From a plasmid, in sequence record NZ_CP027239.1: a stretch of 64,000 bases of DNA. One strand, given 5' to 3'. This document shows positions 17,235 to 26,346 of this stretch, in pieces. Below the pieces are notes generated by a model. It was given only the letters and a program-made list of their open reading frames with translations. It had not been told where the DNA came from and ran no database searches. Both the position numbers and the translations under genes were made by a program. How positions within the stretch are numbered: position 1 is the stretch's first letter; every line of letters begins with the position of its first letter.

Positions 17235-18359
17235 ATGCCCCCTGTGATGGCCGTCGACCTCGGGTCGGCCACGATCAGTGCTGCAGCAGCGCAGCCGTCA
17301 ACGGAACCGGACCCGGCAGTGCTGACCGTTGACGGCCGATCCACCTACTCGCCGGCGACTTGCGTCGACATCGAGGGGGTGCCGCACCCGTCGACGTGGT
17401 CGGGGTCAGCAGTCGACCACACACCGCGCCCCGACCTGCTCCTGGACCTGCCGCCGCAGATCATCGGCGACGTCCCCCTCTCGGGAGCGACCCTGGTCGG
17501 TGTCGCCATCGGACCAGCGCTGGCGGCTGCCGCAGACCACTTCGGGACCGAACCGACTGTGCTGATCGGGGTGCATCCGCACTGGTGGCCGGCGGGCAAG
17601 ATCGCCGACTACGAACGGGCACTAGCCCGCCTGACTCCCCACACCGCTCTCATCCCCTGGCCAGAGGCTATCGCCGCGCAGACCGTGCCACCCGCGACGG
17701 CCTCCCACGTGACCGTCATGGACTTCGGGGCATCAACTGCCACCATCACGGTGGTCTCCTTCTCCCGCCGAGGAGTGCCGCGGGTGCGGTTCACCCACAC
17801 CGACCGGGCTGGCGGGTCACGCGGTGTGGACCGGGTGATCGTCGCCGACGCAGCAGCCGAGGCCGGCATCGACCTGTCCGGGCAGGACCAGCACTGGTGG
17901 GAGGAGGCCGCTTCTCAGGTCGCGGCCAGTCGGCGCCGTCTGTGCACCGAGACCGGCTCCTGGCCGGCCGCCATCGACATCGAGTTCCCCGCACCGCTGG
18001 GCGCCCGTCAACTCCGCGGCCCCCGACTGCGGCAGCTCACCACCACGCACATGCAGAAGGTGGTGGCCGGGCTGATCGCCCATGAGGACGTTCAGTCCGC
18101 CTGGTCCGACGACCGCACCTCCACCACCACGCAGCCGCTGGTGGAGGTCACGGGCGGGTTCGGGCAGGACCCGTCGGTGCTGTCGGCGGTCAAAGCCGAG
18201 GCTGGCAGGGCCGACCTGGTGCCCGAGCCGGCCTCAGCTGCCGCATTTGGGGCGGTCCTGGCCCACGCCCCGGCGTGGGTTCCCGCCGATCAGAAGCCGT
18301 CCAGGTTCCGGTTCGGGCGCTCCCGCTCGGCCGTCCCCGCCCAGCGGGCACGGTCGTGA
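17235..18359 (+). CDS. Actin-like ATPase (ASKHA superfamily; ParM/StbA/Hsp70-like). Candidate plasmid-segregation NTPase.
   Basis: Phosphate-1 motif AVDLGSATIS. Phosphate-2 motif MDFGASTATITVV. Adenosine motif VTGGFGQDPSVL. GAAAGG SD upstream. Confidence 0.55.
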   Translation: MPPVMAVDLGSATISAAAAQPSTEPDPAVLTVDGRSTYSPATCVDIEGVPHPSTWSGSAVDHTPRPDLLLDLPPQIIGDVPLSGATLVGVAIGPALAAAADHFGTEPTVLIGVHPHWWPAGKIADYERALARLTPHTALIPWPEAIAAQTVPPATASHVTVMDFGASTATITVVSFSRRGVPRVRFTHTDRAGGSRGVDRVIVADAAAEAGIDLSGQDQHWWEEAASQVAASRRRLCTETGSWPAAIDIEFPAPLGARQLRGPRLRQLTTTHMQKVVAGLIAHEDVQSAWSDDRTSTTTQPLVEVTGGFGQDPSVLSAVKAEAGRADLVPEPASAAAFGAVLAHAPAWVPADQKPSRFRFGRSRSAVPAQRARS

Positions 18360-18796
18360 CCACCAAGGGGCGCCGATACCGGCGAGAGACGCTGATCGCG
18401 CTAGTCGAACAGATCGACATCACCGTTCCCGCGCTGTCGACCACCACGCTGATCCGGCGGTCGATCGCCCACTACAACCGACGGAACCCGACCTCGCGGC
18501 CCGCGAGCCTCGATTCCGAGACGGACTTCTTGTGCCGTCTGATGGTCAACTTCCTCAGGCACCAGTGTTCGGAGTACGACTCCCTGCGCACGTTCCTGCG
18601 CCAGCACGCCCACGGGGACGACCACGAGTTCGTCGGCGCCATCGTCAAGGGCAGAGTGCTGCGTTTGATCGCAGCGCAGTACCCGATGCTGCGTTCCGAA
18701 GCCCGGTCCCAGGCACTGCGGGAAGACCAGGTCGTCAACGGGGCGCCACGCGCCCGCGCCCGCGGCCACGCCACAACGGGACGACCGCGGCGATAA
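18356..18796 (+). CDS. Hypothetical protein translationally coupled to the actin-like ATPase (possible ParR-like adaptor).
   Basis: GTG start overlaps the TGA stop of the upstream gene (GTGA). 147 aa, basic. The part of the track ORF upstream of this GTG is antisense-like. Confidence 0.4.
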   Translation: MTTKGRRYRRETLIALVEQIDITVPALSTTTLIRRSIAHYNRRNPTSRPASLDSETDFLCRLMVNFLRHQCSEYDSLRTFLRQHAHGDDHEFVGAIVKGRVLRLIAAQYPMLRSEARSQALREDQVVNGAPRARARGHATTGRPRR

Positions 18797-18832
18797 TCTC
18801 GCCTTCGAGCAGCGCACGAGCCAAGGAGCCCC

Positions 18833-19690
18833 ATGGACAACGGGATCACCCTGACCACCAACGGTCGGTCGTGGGTGTCGGTGGCCAACCCACTGCGCCA
18901 CGACACGATCGCCGGGCTGGCCCAGGCGCAAGCCAAGTACGACACCTCCCAGGTGTCGGCTCGATCCGGCGCTGTGGGCGTCATCGTCGGCGTCGCGGTC
19001 GGGCTGCTCGCCGTCCTGGTTGGCCTGCCGGCATTGCTGGCGGTCGTGTGCGGACTGGTGGCATTGCCGGTGGCCTGGCTGCTGACGTTCCGGCGACTGC
19101 GCTCTCGGGCGGCAGCGTTCGAGTCCACGCTGGCTGCCAACGCCGAAGGCCTGGGGCCACGACGGATCGTGCGGGGCGAGTTCCTTCCCGGGGCGTGTGC
19201 CGACGCCGCCGACCAGCTCGTCATCGGGACGGTGCAGATCCTGCAGTCCACCGCTTACCGGTGCGGGGCGCTGGGAGAGACCAGCTTTGTCTACGACGAG
19301 ATTCTCGACGCCACCTGGTCGCTGCTGCACAAGCTGCGCACCTACGAGCGGGAAGTGCGCGACATGGCGCGCATGGAGGAGCGGGCGTGCGATGAGCGCA
19401 CGCGCCGCGATCTCGCCACACTGGCAGACCGCATGAATCATGTGTGGTCCGAACAGCTACTGCCCTTGGTGGATGCCCACCGGGATCTGGTCCGGTCGGT
19501 CGCAGACCTCGACCGGTTCCTCGACACCCCGCATGCCAGGGACCACGGCAAGCAGTTGGCTGCAGCTGACGACTCTCCCCGCACGGCCGCAGACGACCTG
19601 GATGCGCTGACCGGGCGGGTCGCCGCAGCTCGTGACCGCGCGTTGGCCTACCGGTCCGGCTATCCCGACGCCGACACGACCAGCCCTTAG
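18833..19690 (+). CDS. Hypothetical membrane protein.
   Basis: 285 aa. GGAG SD. Two TM helices (AVGVIVGVAVGLLAVLVGLPALLAVVCGLVALPVAWLL). Confidence 0.55.
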   Translation: MDNGITLTTNGRSWVSVANPLRHDTIAGLAQAQAKYDTSQVSARSGAVGVIVGVAVGLLAVLVGLPALLAVVCGLVALPVAWLLTFRRLRSRAAAFESTLAANAEGLGPRRIVRGEFLPGACADAADQLVIGTVQILQSTAYRCGALGETSFVYDEILDATWSLLHKLRTYEREVRDMARMEERACDERTRRDLATLADRMNHVWSEQLLPLVDAHRDLVRSVADLDRFLDTPHARDHGKQLAAADDSPRTAADDLDALTGRVAAARDRALAYRSGYPDADTTSP

Positions 19691-19732
19691 GCTCAGTGCA
19701 GCCTGTCGACGGCACTACGAAAGGGGGACCGG

Positions 19733-20377
19733 ATGGATCGCGAAAAGCTCATGACGAGGCGCGCTGAACTGATGGCCCAACTCGCTGCCAACACCGTCGA
19801 GCTGGAACGCGCCGAGGAGCACCTCGAGCAGAGCCAGGCCATCTACCGGTCGACCACCGACGGGTTGGCGATGTCCTGGAGGGCCATCGAGCGTGCCTCC
19901 ATCAATCCGAACACCCCGCCCAAGGAGCTCAAGCAGCTCCTGCGTCTGCACGCCCGCGCGGAGACCGCCGCGGCCAAGGAGTACTCCGAACGCACGAAAC
20001 GGTGGGGGCACCGCAGCGGGGACGGGCACCTGTTCGCCTGTCCGCTCGGGGACGTACCGCGGTTGAACCGACTGATGGTCTCCGCCGACGTACTGGGCAC
20101 ATACCGAGTTCCTCCCGAAGACCTCGAGAAGCCGTCGTTCTTCACAGTGGCGTTGTCACGGCCTGTACCTACGGGCGATGTCAACGCAGACGGCGAAATG
20201 CAGATGGTGAGGCTGCGGTCCCGGCTTCGTGTCCCGGTGGAACTGCGGCAAGGCAACGATCTGACGCTGCGCGATGTCCTGGCCTGCCGCCTGGACGACG
20301 CCAAGGGCACCGAGCAGCTCGCCCGCTTCTTCGGCGCCGACCTGCTGGCCTCGGTTCGCGCCTCCCTGGCCAAGTAG
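19733..20377 (+). CDS. Hypothetical protein.
   Basis: 214 aa. AAAGGGGGA SD. Coiled-coil-like N-terminus. Confidence 0.55.
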   Translation: MDREKLMTRRAELMAQLAANTVELERAEEHLEQSQAIYRSTTDGLAMSWRAIERASINPNTPPKELKQLLRLHARAETAAAKEYSERTKRWGHRSGDGHLFACPLGDVPRLNRLMVSADVLGTYRVPPEDLEKPSFFTVALSRPVPTGDVNADGEMQMVRLRSRLRVPVELRQGNDLTLRDVLACRLDDAKGTEQLARFFGADLLASVRASLAK

Positions 20378-20501
20378 CAACAGTCACCGGAAGCGGTCCA
20401 CGACGAGCGATTTCGAGCCCCATCCGAGGTTCCCCGGCACGTTCACCCCTTAGGGTTCTGCACATCGGAATCTGACTGCACGCGACCAATCGAGGCACCC
20501 C

Positions 20502-22520
20502 ATGTGTCGATCCCAGCACGAACCCGGCGGGCCACGCTCCTGCCCGAAAGAGCCCGGCGACACCGTCGTCATGGCAACCCAGCGCGTCCAACAGCTCATC
20601 GACCGCAAACTCGAGCTCGAAGCCGAACTCGCACTGATCAACAGTGGCCTCCTCGACGGCGACCACACCCAGGCCACCCAGAAGCTGGCCGCGACGATCG
20701 AAGACGTCACCGCCGCTGACATCGCCCTGCGCGAGGCACACGCTGCCGCTGACGCCGTCGCCGCCCACAACGCCGCCCCTGGCAGCGCACTGGCGCACCT
20801 GAGCGACGACGAGCTACGCCAACACATCGACGACCGCGTCAGCGCTGACGAGTACACCGAACTCCTCGCCGTCCGCGATGCCGCCCGTGAGCATCGGGAT
20901 GCCACCGCGAAGGCCTACGCGGACGCCATGTCCGCCGCCGGCGACGACGACCCCGACGCCCTGCACAAGCTGGCGCAGGCCCGAACCGACGCCTACGACG
21001 CGCACTGCGCCTACCTGGAAGCCAACGCCCCGGTCGAGGAGTACAAGGACGTCACCGCCCAGGCGGCAGCCGAGCTCGGTCGCCGCAACCCGGTCCCCGA
21101 ATGGGAAGGCGAGCAGCTGGGGAACTGCTACAAGCAAGGCCACTACGAACCCGGAACGCGGGAGTGGCTCGAGGCTCGTCAGTCAGGGATCGGCGGATCA
21201 GATGTCGGGCCGATCCTGGGCATCGACCACCACGGGCGCAGCACCACCGACATCAAGAACTCCAAGCTGACCGAGATCAGCGACGCCGAACTCGAGGCGC
21301 AGGCGATCTCGCTGCAGTCCGCCAGTGGCCCGCTGGGCCGCGGGCACGCCTGGGAACCGGTCATCGTTCGGCAATTCGCCGACGACCACCCGGACCTGAC
21401 GGTGATGAGCGCCAAGGCCACCTGGCGCAACGACGACGTGCCGTACTCCGTCGTCAACGTCGACGCGGTGCTGTCCAGCGACGGCGGTGACACCGTCGAC
21501 GGGATCTTCGAGAGCAAGACCGGCTCCGACGCCGCCCAGTGGGCAGACGGGCCGCCCCCCGGATACCGGGCCCAGCTGGCTCAGTACCTGCACACCACCG
21601 GCCTCAAGTACGGGGTGATCGCTGCGCGCATCGACGACCGCGAGACCCGCTACTACCGGATCAGCGTGGACGAACCGATCGTCGAGGGCGGCAAGCCAAT
21701 CGCCGAGCACCAGGAGAAGCTGGCCTCCACCTGGAAGCGGTGGGAAGCCGAACGCCAGGACCCGCCCGGGCCGCGCCCCAACAAGGGCACCTTCTCCTGG
21801 GTGAAGAACCCCGGCACCGCCTCGTCTATGGAAAAGAACGCGACCACCGCACGCGACCTGGCCGCCTACCGCGGCATCAGCCAGGAGAAGGCCGCATCCC
21901 TGATCCAGGACGCCGTCTACGCGGGCAAGAACCCCGATCATGCGGTGCGGGACCTGTACGCGAGCTACGACCCGGCCACCGATCCCGACCGCCGCTACGT
22001 CACCGTCGACTTCGAAACCAACTCGCGCTCCGCCAGCAAGGGGCAGATCATCCAGACTGGTGTGGTCGTCACCGACGGCCGCGGCAAAGTCGTCGAGCGG
22101 ATCGACTCCCTGCACGGCATCGACCCCCGCATCCGAGACAGCCAGGGCACCGGCGCCACCAGCGTCCACGGCATCACCCCGGCCATGGTCGATGGCCACA
22201 CCCCGTTCGACCAGTCCGTGCAGCGCAAGCGGCTCGCGACACTGCTGGCCGACCCCAAGACCACGCTGGTGGCGCACAACGCGAGCTTCGAGAAGTCGTG
22301 GATCCGCTCCCACGGCATCCCCACCCCTCGCATCATCGACACGATGCGCCTGCGGCAGCGGTTCGACCACGGCACCGTCGGCTCCACCAACGCTGACTTC
22401 TGCCAAGCCAACGGCGTCGACTACGTCAACGGCCACAACGCGGCTGCTGACGCCGACATGACCAGCCGGGCCCTGCACGGGTTCATGCGCCGGCTGTTCC
22501 ACACGCCCCCCGGCTTCTGA
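20502..22520 (+). CDS. Fusion protein: YqaJ-like (lambda-exonuclease-fold, PD-(D/E)XK) nuclease domain plus a C-terminal DnaQ-like DEDDh 3'-5' exonuclease domain. An alternative start lies at 20571.
   Basis: YqaJ motifs GIGGSDVGPILG, HAWEPV and GIFESKTG in the central region. Exo I DFETNS, Exo II HNASFE and Exo III GHNAAADADMTS in the C-terminal 180 aa. Confidence 0.65.
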   Translation: MCRSQHEPGGPRSCPKEPGDTVVMATQRVQQLIDRKLELEAELALINSGLLDGDHTQATQKLAATIEDVTAADIALREAHAAADAVAAHNAAPGSALAHLSDDELRQHIDDRVSADEYTELLAVRDAAREHRDATAKAYADAMSAAGDDDPDALHKLAQARTDAYDAHCAYLEANAPVEEYKDVTAQAAAELGRRNPVPEWEGEQLGNCYKQGHYEPGTREWLEARQSGIGGSDVGPILGIDHHGRSTTDIKNSKLTEISDAELEAQAISLQSASGPLGRGHAWEPVIVRQFADDHPDLTVMSAKATWRNDDVPYSVVNVDAVLSSDGGDTVDGIFESKTGSDAAQWADGPPPGYRAQLAQYLHTTGLKYGVIAARIDDRETRYYRISVDEPIVEGGKPIAEHQEKLASTWKRWEAERQDPPGPRPNKGTFSWVKNPGTASSMEKNATTARDLAAYRGISQEKAASLIQDAVYAGKNPDHAVRDLYASYDPATDPDRRYVTVDFETNSRSASKGQIIQTGVVVTDGRGKVVERIDSLHGIDPRIRDSQGTGATSVHGITPAMVDGHTPFDQSVQRKRLATLLADPKTTLVAHNASFEKSWIRSHGIPTPRIIDTMRLRQRFDHGTVGSTNADFCQANGVDYVNGHNAAADADMTSRALHGFMRRLFHTPPGF

Positions 22521-22559
22521 CCGAAGCCGCCCGGCATGACCCGCTGAGACGATAAGCGC

Positions 22560-23102
22560 ATGAGCGACGACGAGCAGCCCCCGCTCGAGCACGCGTACGC
22601 GGTACTGCAGTACGCGAGCTGGCGGGCGGCCAACCCCGGCCGCGGTGTGCCCGCGGGGTTCGTCACCGACAGCGGGTTCGCACTGGGGACCTGGGTCCGC
22701 AGGATGCGCGCCGCCCGCCGGGCCGGAACACTAACCGCCGGCAGGGTGCACGAGCTCGACGAGCTCGGCTTCACCTGGAGCGGCGACGAGGACCGCAGAC
22801 TCGGACGAAACCTACGCTCGGCGCACCGCTGGTCCGAGATGCTGGGAGAGCTGGACGCGTACCTCGCCGAACACGGCGATGTCATCGTCCCCGCCAAGTA
22901 CGTCACCCCGTCTGGAAACCGTCTCGGCGCGTGGCTGTCCACCCAGCAGCGCGCGTGGCGCCGCGGCGCCCTGGCTGAGGAACGACGCGCTGACCTACAC
23001 CGCAGGGGAGTGCGCCCTACCCGCGACGAGACCCTGCAGGCCGCCCTAGACCGCAGTCCGGTTCTGGCCGTGCATGATCCAGTCCGACGCCACCTGCCGT
23101 GA
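22560..23102 (+). CDS. Helicase-associated (HA) domain protein with two HA repeats.
   Basis: Two copies of the G[FW]xLGxW[VL]xxQRxxxRxGxLxxER...L..LGF.W pattern characteristic of PF03457. Confidence 0.5.
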   Translation: MSDDEQPPLEHAYAVLQYASWRAANPGRGVPAGFVTDSGFALGTWVRRMRAARRAGTLTAGRVHELDELGFTWSGDEDRRLGRNLRSAHRWSEMLGELDAYLAEHGDVIVPAKYVTPSGNRLGAWLSTQQRAWRRGALAEERRADLHRRGVRPTRDETLQAALDRSPVLAVHDPVRRHLP

Positions 23103-23123
23103 CCACCACGACCTGGGAGAGAA

Positions 23124-23783
23124 ATGCCTACTGCCTCCGCTGACCAGCCGTCGCTGCTGACCAGCCGCAAAGCCGCGGCCGAGTGGTGGCTCGACACCGC
23201 TGGCCGTGCCGCGCTGACCATCGCCGACGCCCGGCGCCCCGCCGCTGTGCTGATCGCACCCGACGGTGATGTCGTGGTCGACGGTTCACCGCGGACGGAA
23301 AAGCGCCGGCCCCGCAATCTCAAGGTCCCCCAGAAGTACGTCAAGAGCCTCGCCGGCACCGACGAAGGCACCTGGCGGGCCGCCCACGCTGTGGCCGCGT
23401 CCCGCTGGTCCACCCGCCGCGACTCCATCCCCACCTTCACCATCCTGCTGACCGTGATGGCCCTGAGCATCGCGACCACCACCAGCGCTGGAAGCATCCC
23501 CACGATCGCCGGGTGGATCGCCGCAGCAGCGTGCGCCGCGATCGCAGTGGCCATCGCTGTGCACTCCCGGCGCAGCGCCGTGACCATCGTCCAGACCAGC
23601 GACCAGCAGGCCACCCGCATTGCCGGCATCGACGCCGCCCGCGCGGTGTTGGGAGACAACGAGGACCAGGAGCTCTACAAGACTGCGTTGCACCAATGGC
23701 GAGCAGAGCGTGATCCGATGCGGCCACGCAATCGTCTCACCAGGCTCGAGGAGTCGCTCGCCGGCGCCAGCGCGGAGGAGTGA
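23124..23783 (+). CDS. Hypothetical membrane protein.
   Basis: GGGAGAGAA SD. Two central TM helices. Confidence 0.5.
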   Translation: MPTASADQPSLLTSRKAAAEWWLDTAGRAALTIADARRPAAVLIAPDGDVVVDGSPRTEKRRPRNLKVPQKYVKSLAGTDEGTWRAAHAVAASRWSTRRDSIPTFTILLTVMALSIATTTSAGSIPTIAGWIAAAACAAIAVAIAVHSRRSAVTIVQTSDQQATRIAGIDAARAVLGDNEDQELYKTALHQWRAERDPMRPRNRLTRLEESLAGASAEE

Positions 23784-24331
23784 TGAGCGCCGGCCGGAAT
23801 GCTGGGTCGTCCCTGCTGGACCGAGTGACCACGGTCAATGAGGACGGTCAGCGGCAGCTGGCACCGTTTGTGATGCCTCTGTTCGTGATCGTCGTGCTCA
23901 GTTTCATTCTGCTGTTCACCCTGGGCCGGTGCGCTGTCGACACCGTTCACTCCATCACTGAGGAGCCCGAGCAGCGCCCGATGGTGACCCCGTCGTTTGA
24001 GCTCCCCGCGCCCCGCGGCTGCGGCGAAGTCAGTGACACCGTGATGGCCGCTATCGAGCAGGAGCTGCGGGATCCACGCATGCGGGTGGCGCGCGCGTAC
24101 TCGCACGAGCGTGACGATGGGGTGCAGGCGATCGGGGTGACGATTCAGCGGGACGATCGCGCGATCCAGGCGGTCGCAGCGATCTTCGCAGCCGACCACA
24201 CCGGCAAGCTGTTCTCCCTGTCATCGGATGCGCGGCAGATGTCGCGGTTGCCAGACGGTCGAGAGACGCTGCGGATGACCCCGGTCGACGATGAGGCGCA
24301 GATAGTGAACTCGTGCCTGCGGGACCAGTGA
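23780..24331 (+). CDS. Hypothetical membrane-anchored protein.
   Basis: ATGA overlap with the upstream gene. N-terminal TM helix (FVMPLFVIVVLSFILLFTL). Confidence 0.5.
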   Translation: MMSAGRNAGSSLLDRVTTVNEDGQRQLAPFVMPLFVIVVLSFILLFTLGRCAVDTVHSITEEPEQRPMVTPSFELPAPRGCGEVSDTVMAAIEQELRDPRMRVARAYSHERDDGVQAIGVTIQRDDRAIQAVAAIFAADHTGKLFSLSSDARQMSRLPDGRETLRMTPVDDEAQIVNSCLRDQ

Positions 24332-24436
24332 CACACGCGGGCAGCACGCCCGTTCCGTCACCGTGACGTTAGGGCAGGTCAGCGTGGGGACTGGACGTGC
24401 TGCCGCTTCTGCTGGGGGCTCGTCGCCGCTCTCGCA

Positions 24437-25000
24437 CTACTCCAGTTCGGAGGCCGGCACGTCGCTCATCAGCGTGTCGACCGGTTCAACAACCCCGTCA
24501 GAGACAGGGTCGGAGTCGGCAGTGGGGGCTTCGATCTCGCCGCGTCGAGTCAGTACTCGCCAGGCCCGCTGGGCACGGGGCTTAGCTTCTTCTTCTGCCC
24601 AGCGGCGCACGCGCGGCCTGGTCGCAACGGCGGCTCCACCGACGAGGACTAGCGCCGTCACCCCGAGCGCGACCGGGGCCCAGGAGCGGGAGTGCGGCGG
24701 CATCTCCGCCTGACCCTCGAACTCACCCTCGACGTCGATCAGCTCGACAGGTTCGCCACTTGAACCGGCATCGGAGGCGGAAGCTGCGATGTCGGCGTTG
24801 AGGGCCTCGGCGATGCTCTCGTCCCACGTTCGGACGGTCCAGGCGCGGTTGTAAGACTGGTAGCCGCCGGTTCCACGCTCGTAGTAGGTCTCTGAACCGA
24901 ACTGCTTGCCCTTGTCGGTCAAGCCGTAGTCGCCGGGCCCTCCGTCCAGGTATCCGTGCTCGAAAAGAAGCGCATTCATCTCGCGCGCCGTCTTTCCCAT
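24437..25000 (-). CDS. Hypothetical protein with a C-terminal TM helix (start uncertain; the track ORF extends to 25033).
   Basis: Chosen start MGKTAREMNALLFEHGYL is preceded by a GGTAGAGG SD-like sequence. Borders the low-GC noncoding region. Confidence 0.4.
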   Translation of the reverse strand: MGKTAREMNALLFEHGYLDGGPGDYGLTDKGKQFGSETYYERGTGGYQSYNRAWTVRTWDESIAEALNADIAASASDAGSSGEPVELIDVEGEFEGQAEMPPHSRSWAPVALGVTALVLVGGAAVATRPRVRRWAEEEAKPRAQRAWRVLTRRGEIEAPTADSDPVSDGVVEPVDTLMSDVPASELE

Positions 25001-25246
25001 GCCTCTACCGATGTCCTGAGCGGATCTTCCCATAAAGAAATAGTACTCGTACGCGATGGGGAGCCCAGCGGTTCACCTCGCGCGAGCGCCCGGCGCGAGT
25101 CGGCGGCAGCCACCGACACCGCCAGCTACGCTGGAAGCCTGCCAGAATGACGGCACGGCACTGACACCGGACGGGCACGCTGACAATCTTGTCGGCAGCC
25201 AGGATGGCACACCGAAGCGACGTTGCCGCTGCTAGTCCTGCCCCTT

Positions 25247-25272
25247 TGATGGATAATGTTTATTATCCATCA
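25247..25272. promoter_or_regulatory. 26-bp perfect palindrome (11-bp arms, 4-bp spacer) in an AT-richer noncoding region. Candidate operator or origin hairpin.
   Basis: TGATGGATAAT GTTT ATTATCCATCA, read directly. Confidence 0.35.
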
Positions 25273-25318
25273 CGCTGCTGACCCTTCCCGAGATGCCGTC
25301 GGGCCGCCACCGTGTCGG

Positions 25319-25378
25319 TTGCCAAACAGTTTGTCAGTTTGCCAAACCGGTGTCAGCAGCGTGCCACGAGTTTGTCAG
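25319..25378. repeat. Iteron-like direct repeats: TTGCCAAAC x2 and GTTTGTCAG x2, plus an inverted TGGCAAGC copy just downstream (25385-25400).
   Basis: Repeats at 25319-25327, 25339-25347, 25329-25337 and 25370-25378. Confidence 0.3.
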
Positions 25379-25589
25379 TGGTGGCTGCAAGTCTGGCAAG
25401 CAATACGGCGCGGATGTAGCGTCCCCGATCGAGCTAGCGACCTGTTGAGTTCGACGCAAGAGTCGGATCTGTCTTCCCCTGACCGCGCGATGCCCTCAAT
25501 CTTCTTGACGAGCCGCCAATCCATTCCCTTTTCAGGATCGGTAGACGGATACGCGCCGCGCCTACGGAGAAAGGGCACGGCGGCCCTGG

Positions 25590-26346
25590 CTATTTCTTGA
25601 CGCCGCTGAGGTTCTTCTTGATGAGAATCTGGGCTACAAGGTGTCCAGACCCGCCGTTGAGTCCGGCGCCGGGGTGCGTGGAGGCACCGACGTGCCAGAC
25701 TCGGGGCACGTGCGTCTGGTGCGAGGCGTGCGGCAGTGGTCGCCATAGGAGGTTCTGGTCCAGCTCCGACGAACCGCTGTACGGGTCGCCCTTGACGGCA
25801 TTGGGGTTAGCTGCGGCCAGCTCCGGTGGAGTGATGGTGTCGATTTTGAGGATGGTAGAGGTCAAGCCTGGCGCGTGCTCCTCGAGCCTGTTCAGGACGC
25901 GGTCAACATAGGCTGCGGTCGTTTCTTGTGACCAGGTGCCGTCGACATCGATGGTTCCTCCGGCGTCGCCACGCGGTTGCCAGGGTGCTTCCTGCAGTTG
26001 AAGCCAGAGGGCACCTTTGCCTTCGGGCACACGGTCCGGATCCAGGATCTGCTGGCGGCCGACAACGATTGTCGGTTCGGTGGGAAGGAGGCCGGCGTCA
26101 GCTTGCGCGCATGCGATTCCGGTGCTCGCCGAGCCATCGCTGACGTGAACGAGTGGAACGTCGGAAAGTCGTTCGTCCGCGAACTTCAGGGGCCGGTCCA
26201 GGGCGACATGAATTTGGATGGCCGCCCGACCGTACCGGTACTGCTGTGCTTCTCGCTGGATTCTCGGTGGGACGTCACTGAGCAGCGTCCCGTACAGTGC
26301 TTGCGGTGTGACGCTGGCGAGTACAGCGTGACGTGCGCTCACTAGC
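25590..26346 (-). pseudogene. C-terminal fragment of a CrtI/phytoene-desaturase-family FAD oxidoreductase gene interrupted by an IS481-family element.
   Basis: C-terminal GASTHPGAGLNGGSGHLVAQ motif. Joins in frame with 27435..28282 once the IS and one TSD copy are removed. The first 32 codons of track ORF 25590..26441 are IS-derived. Confidence 0.6.
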
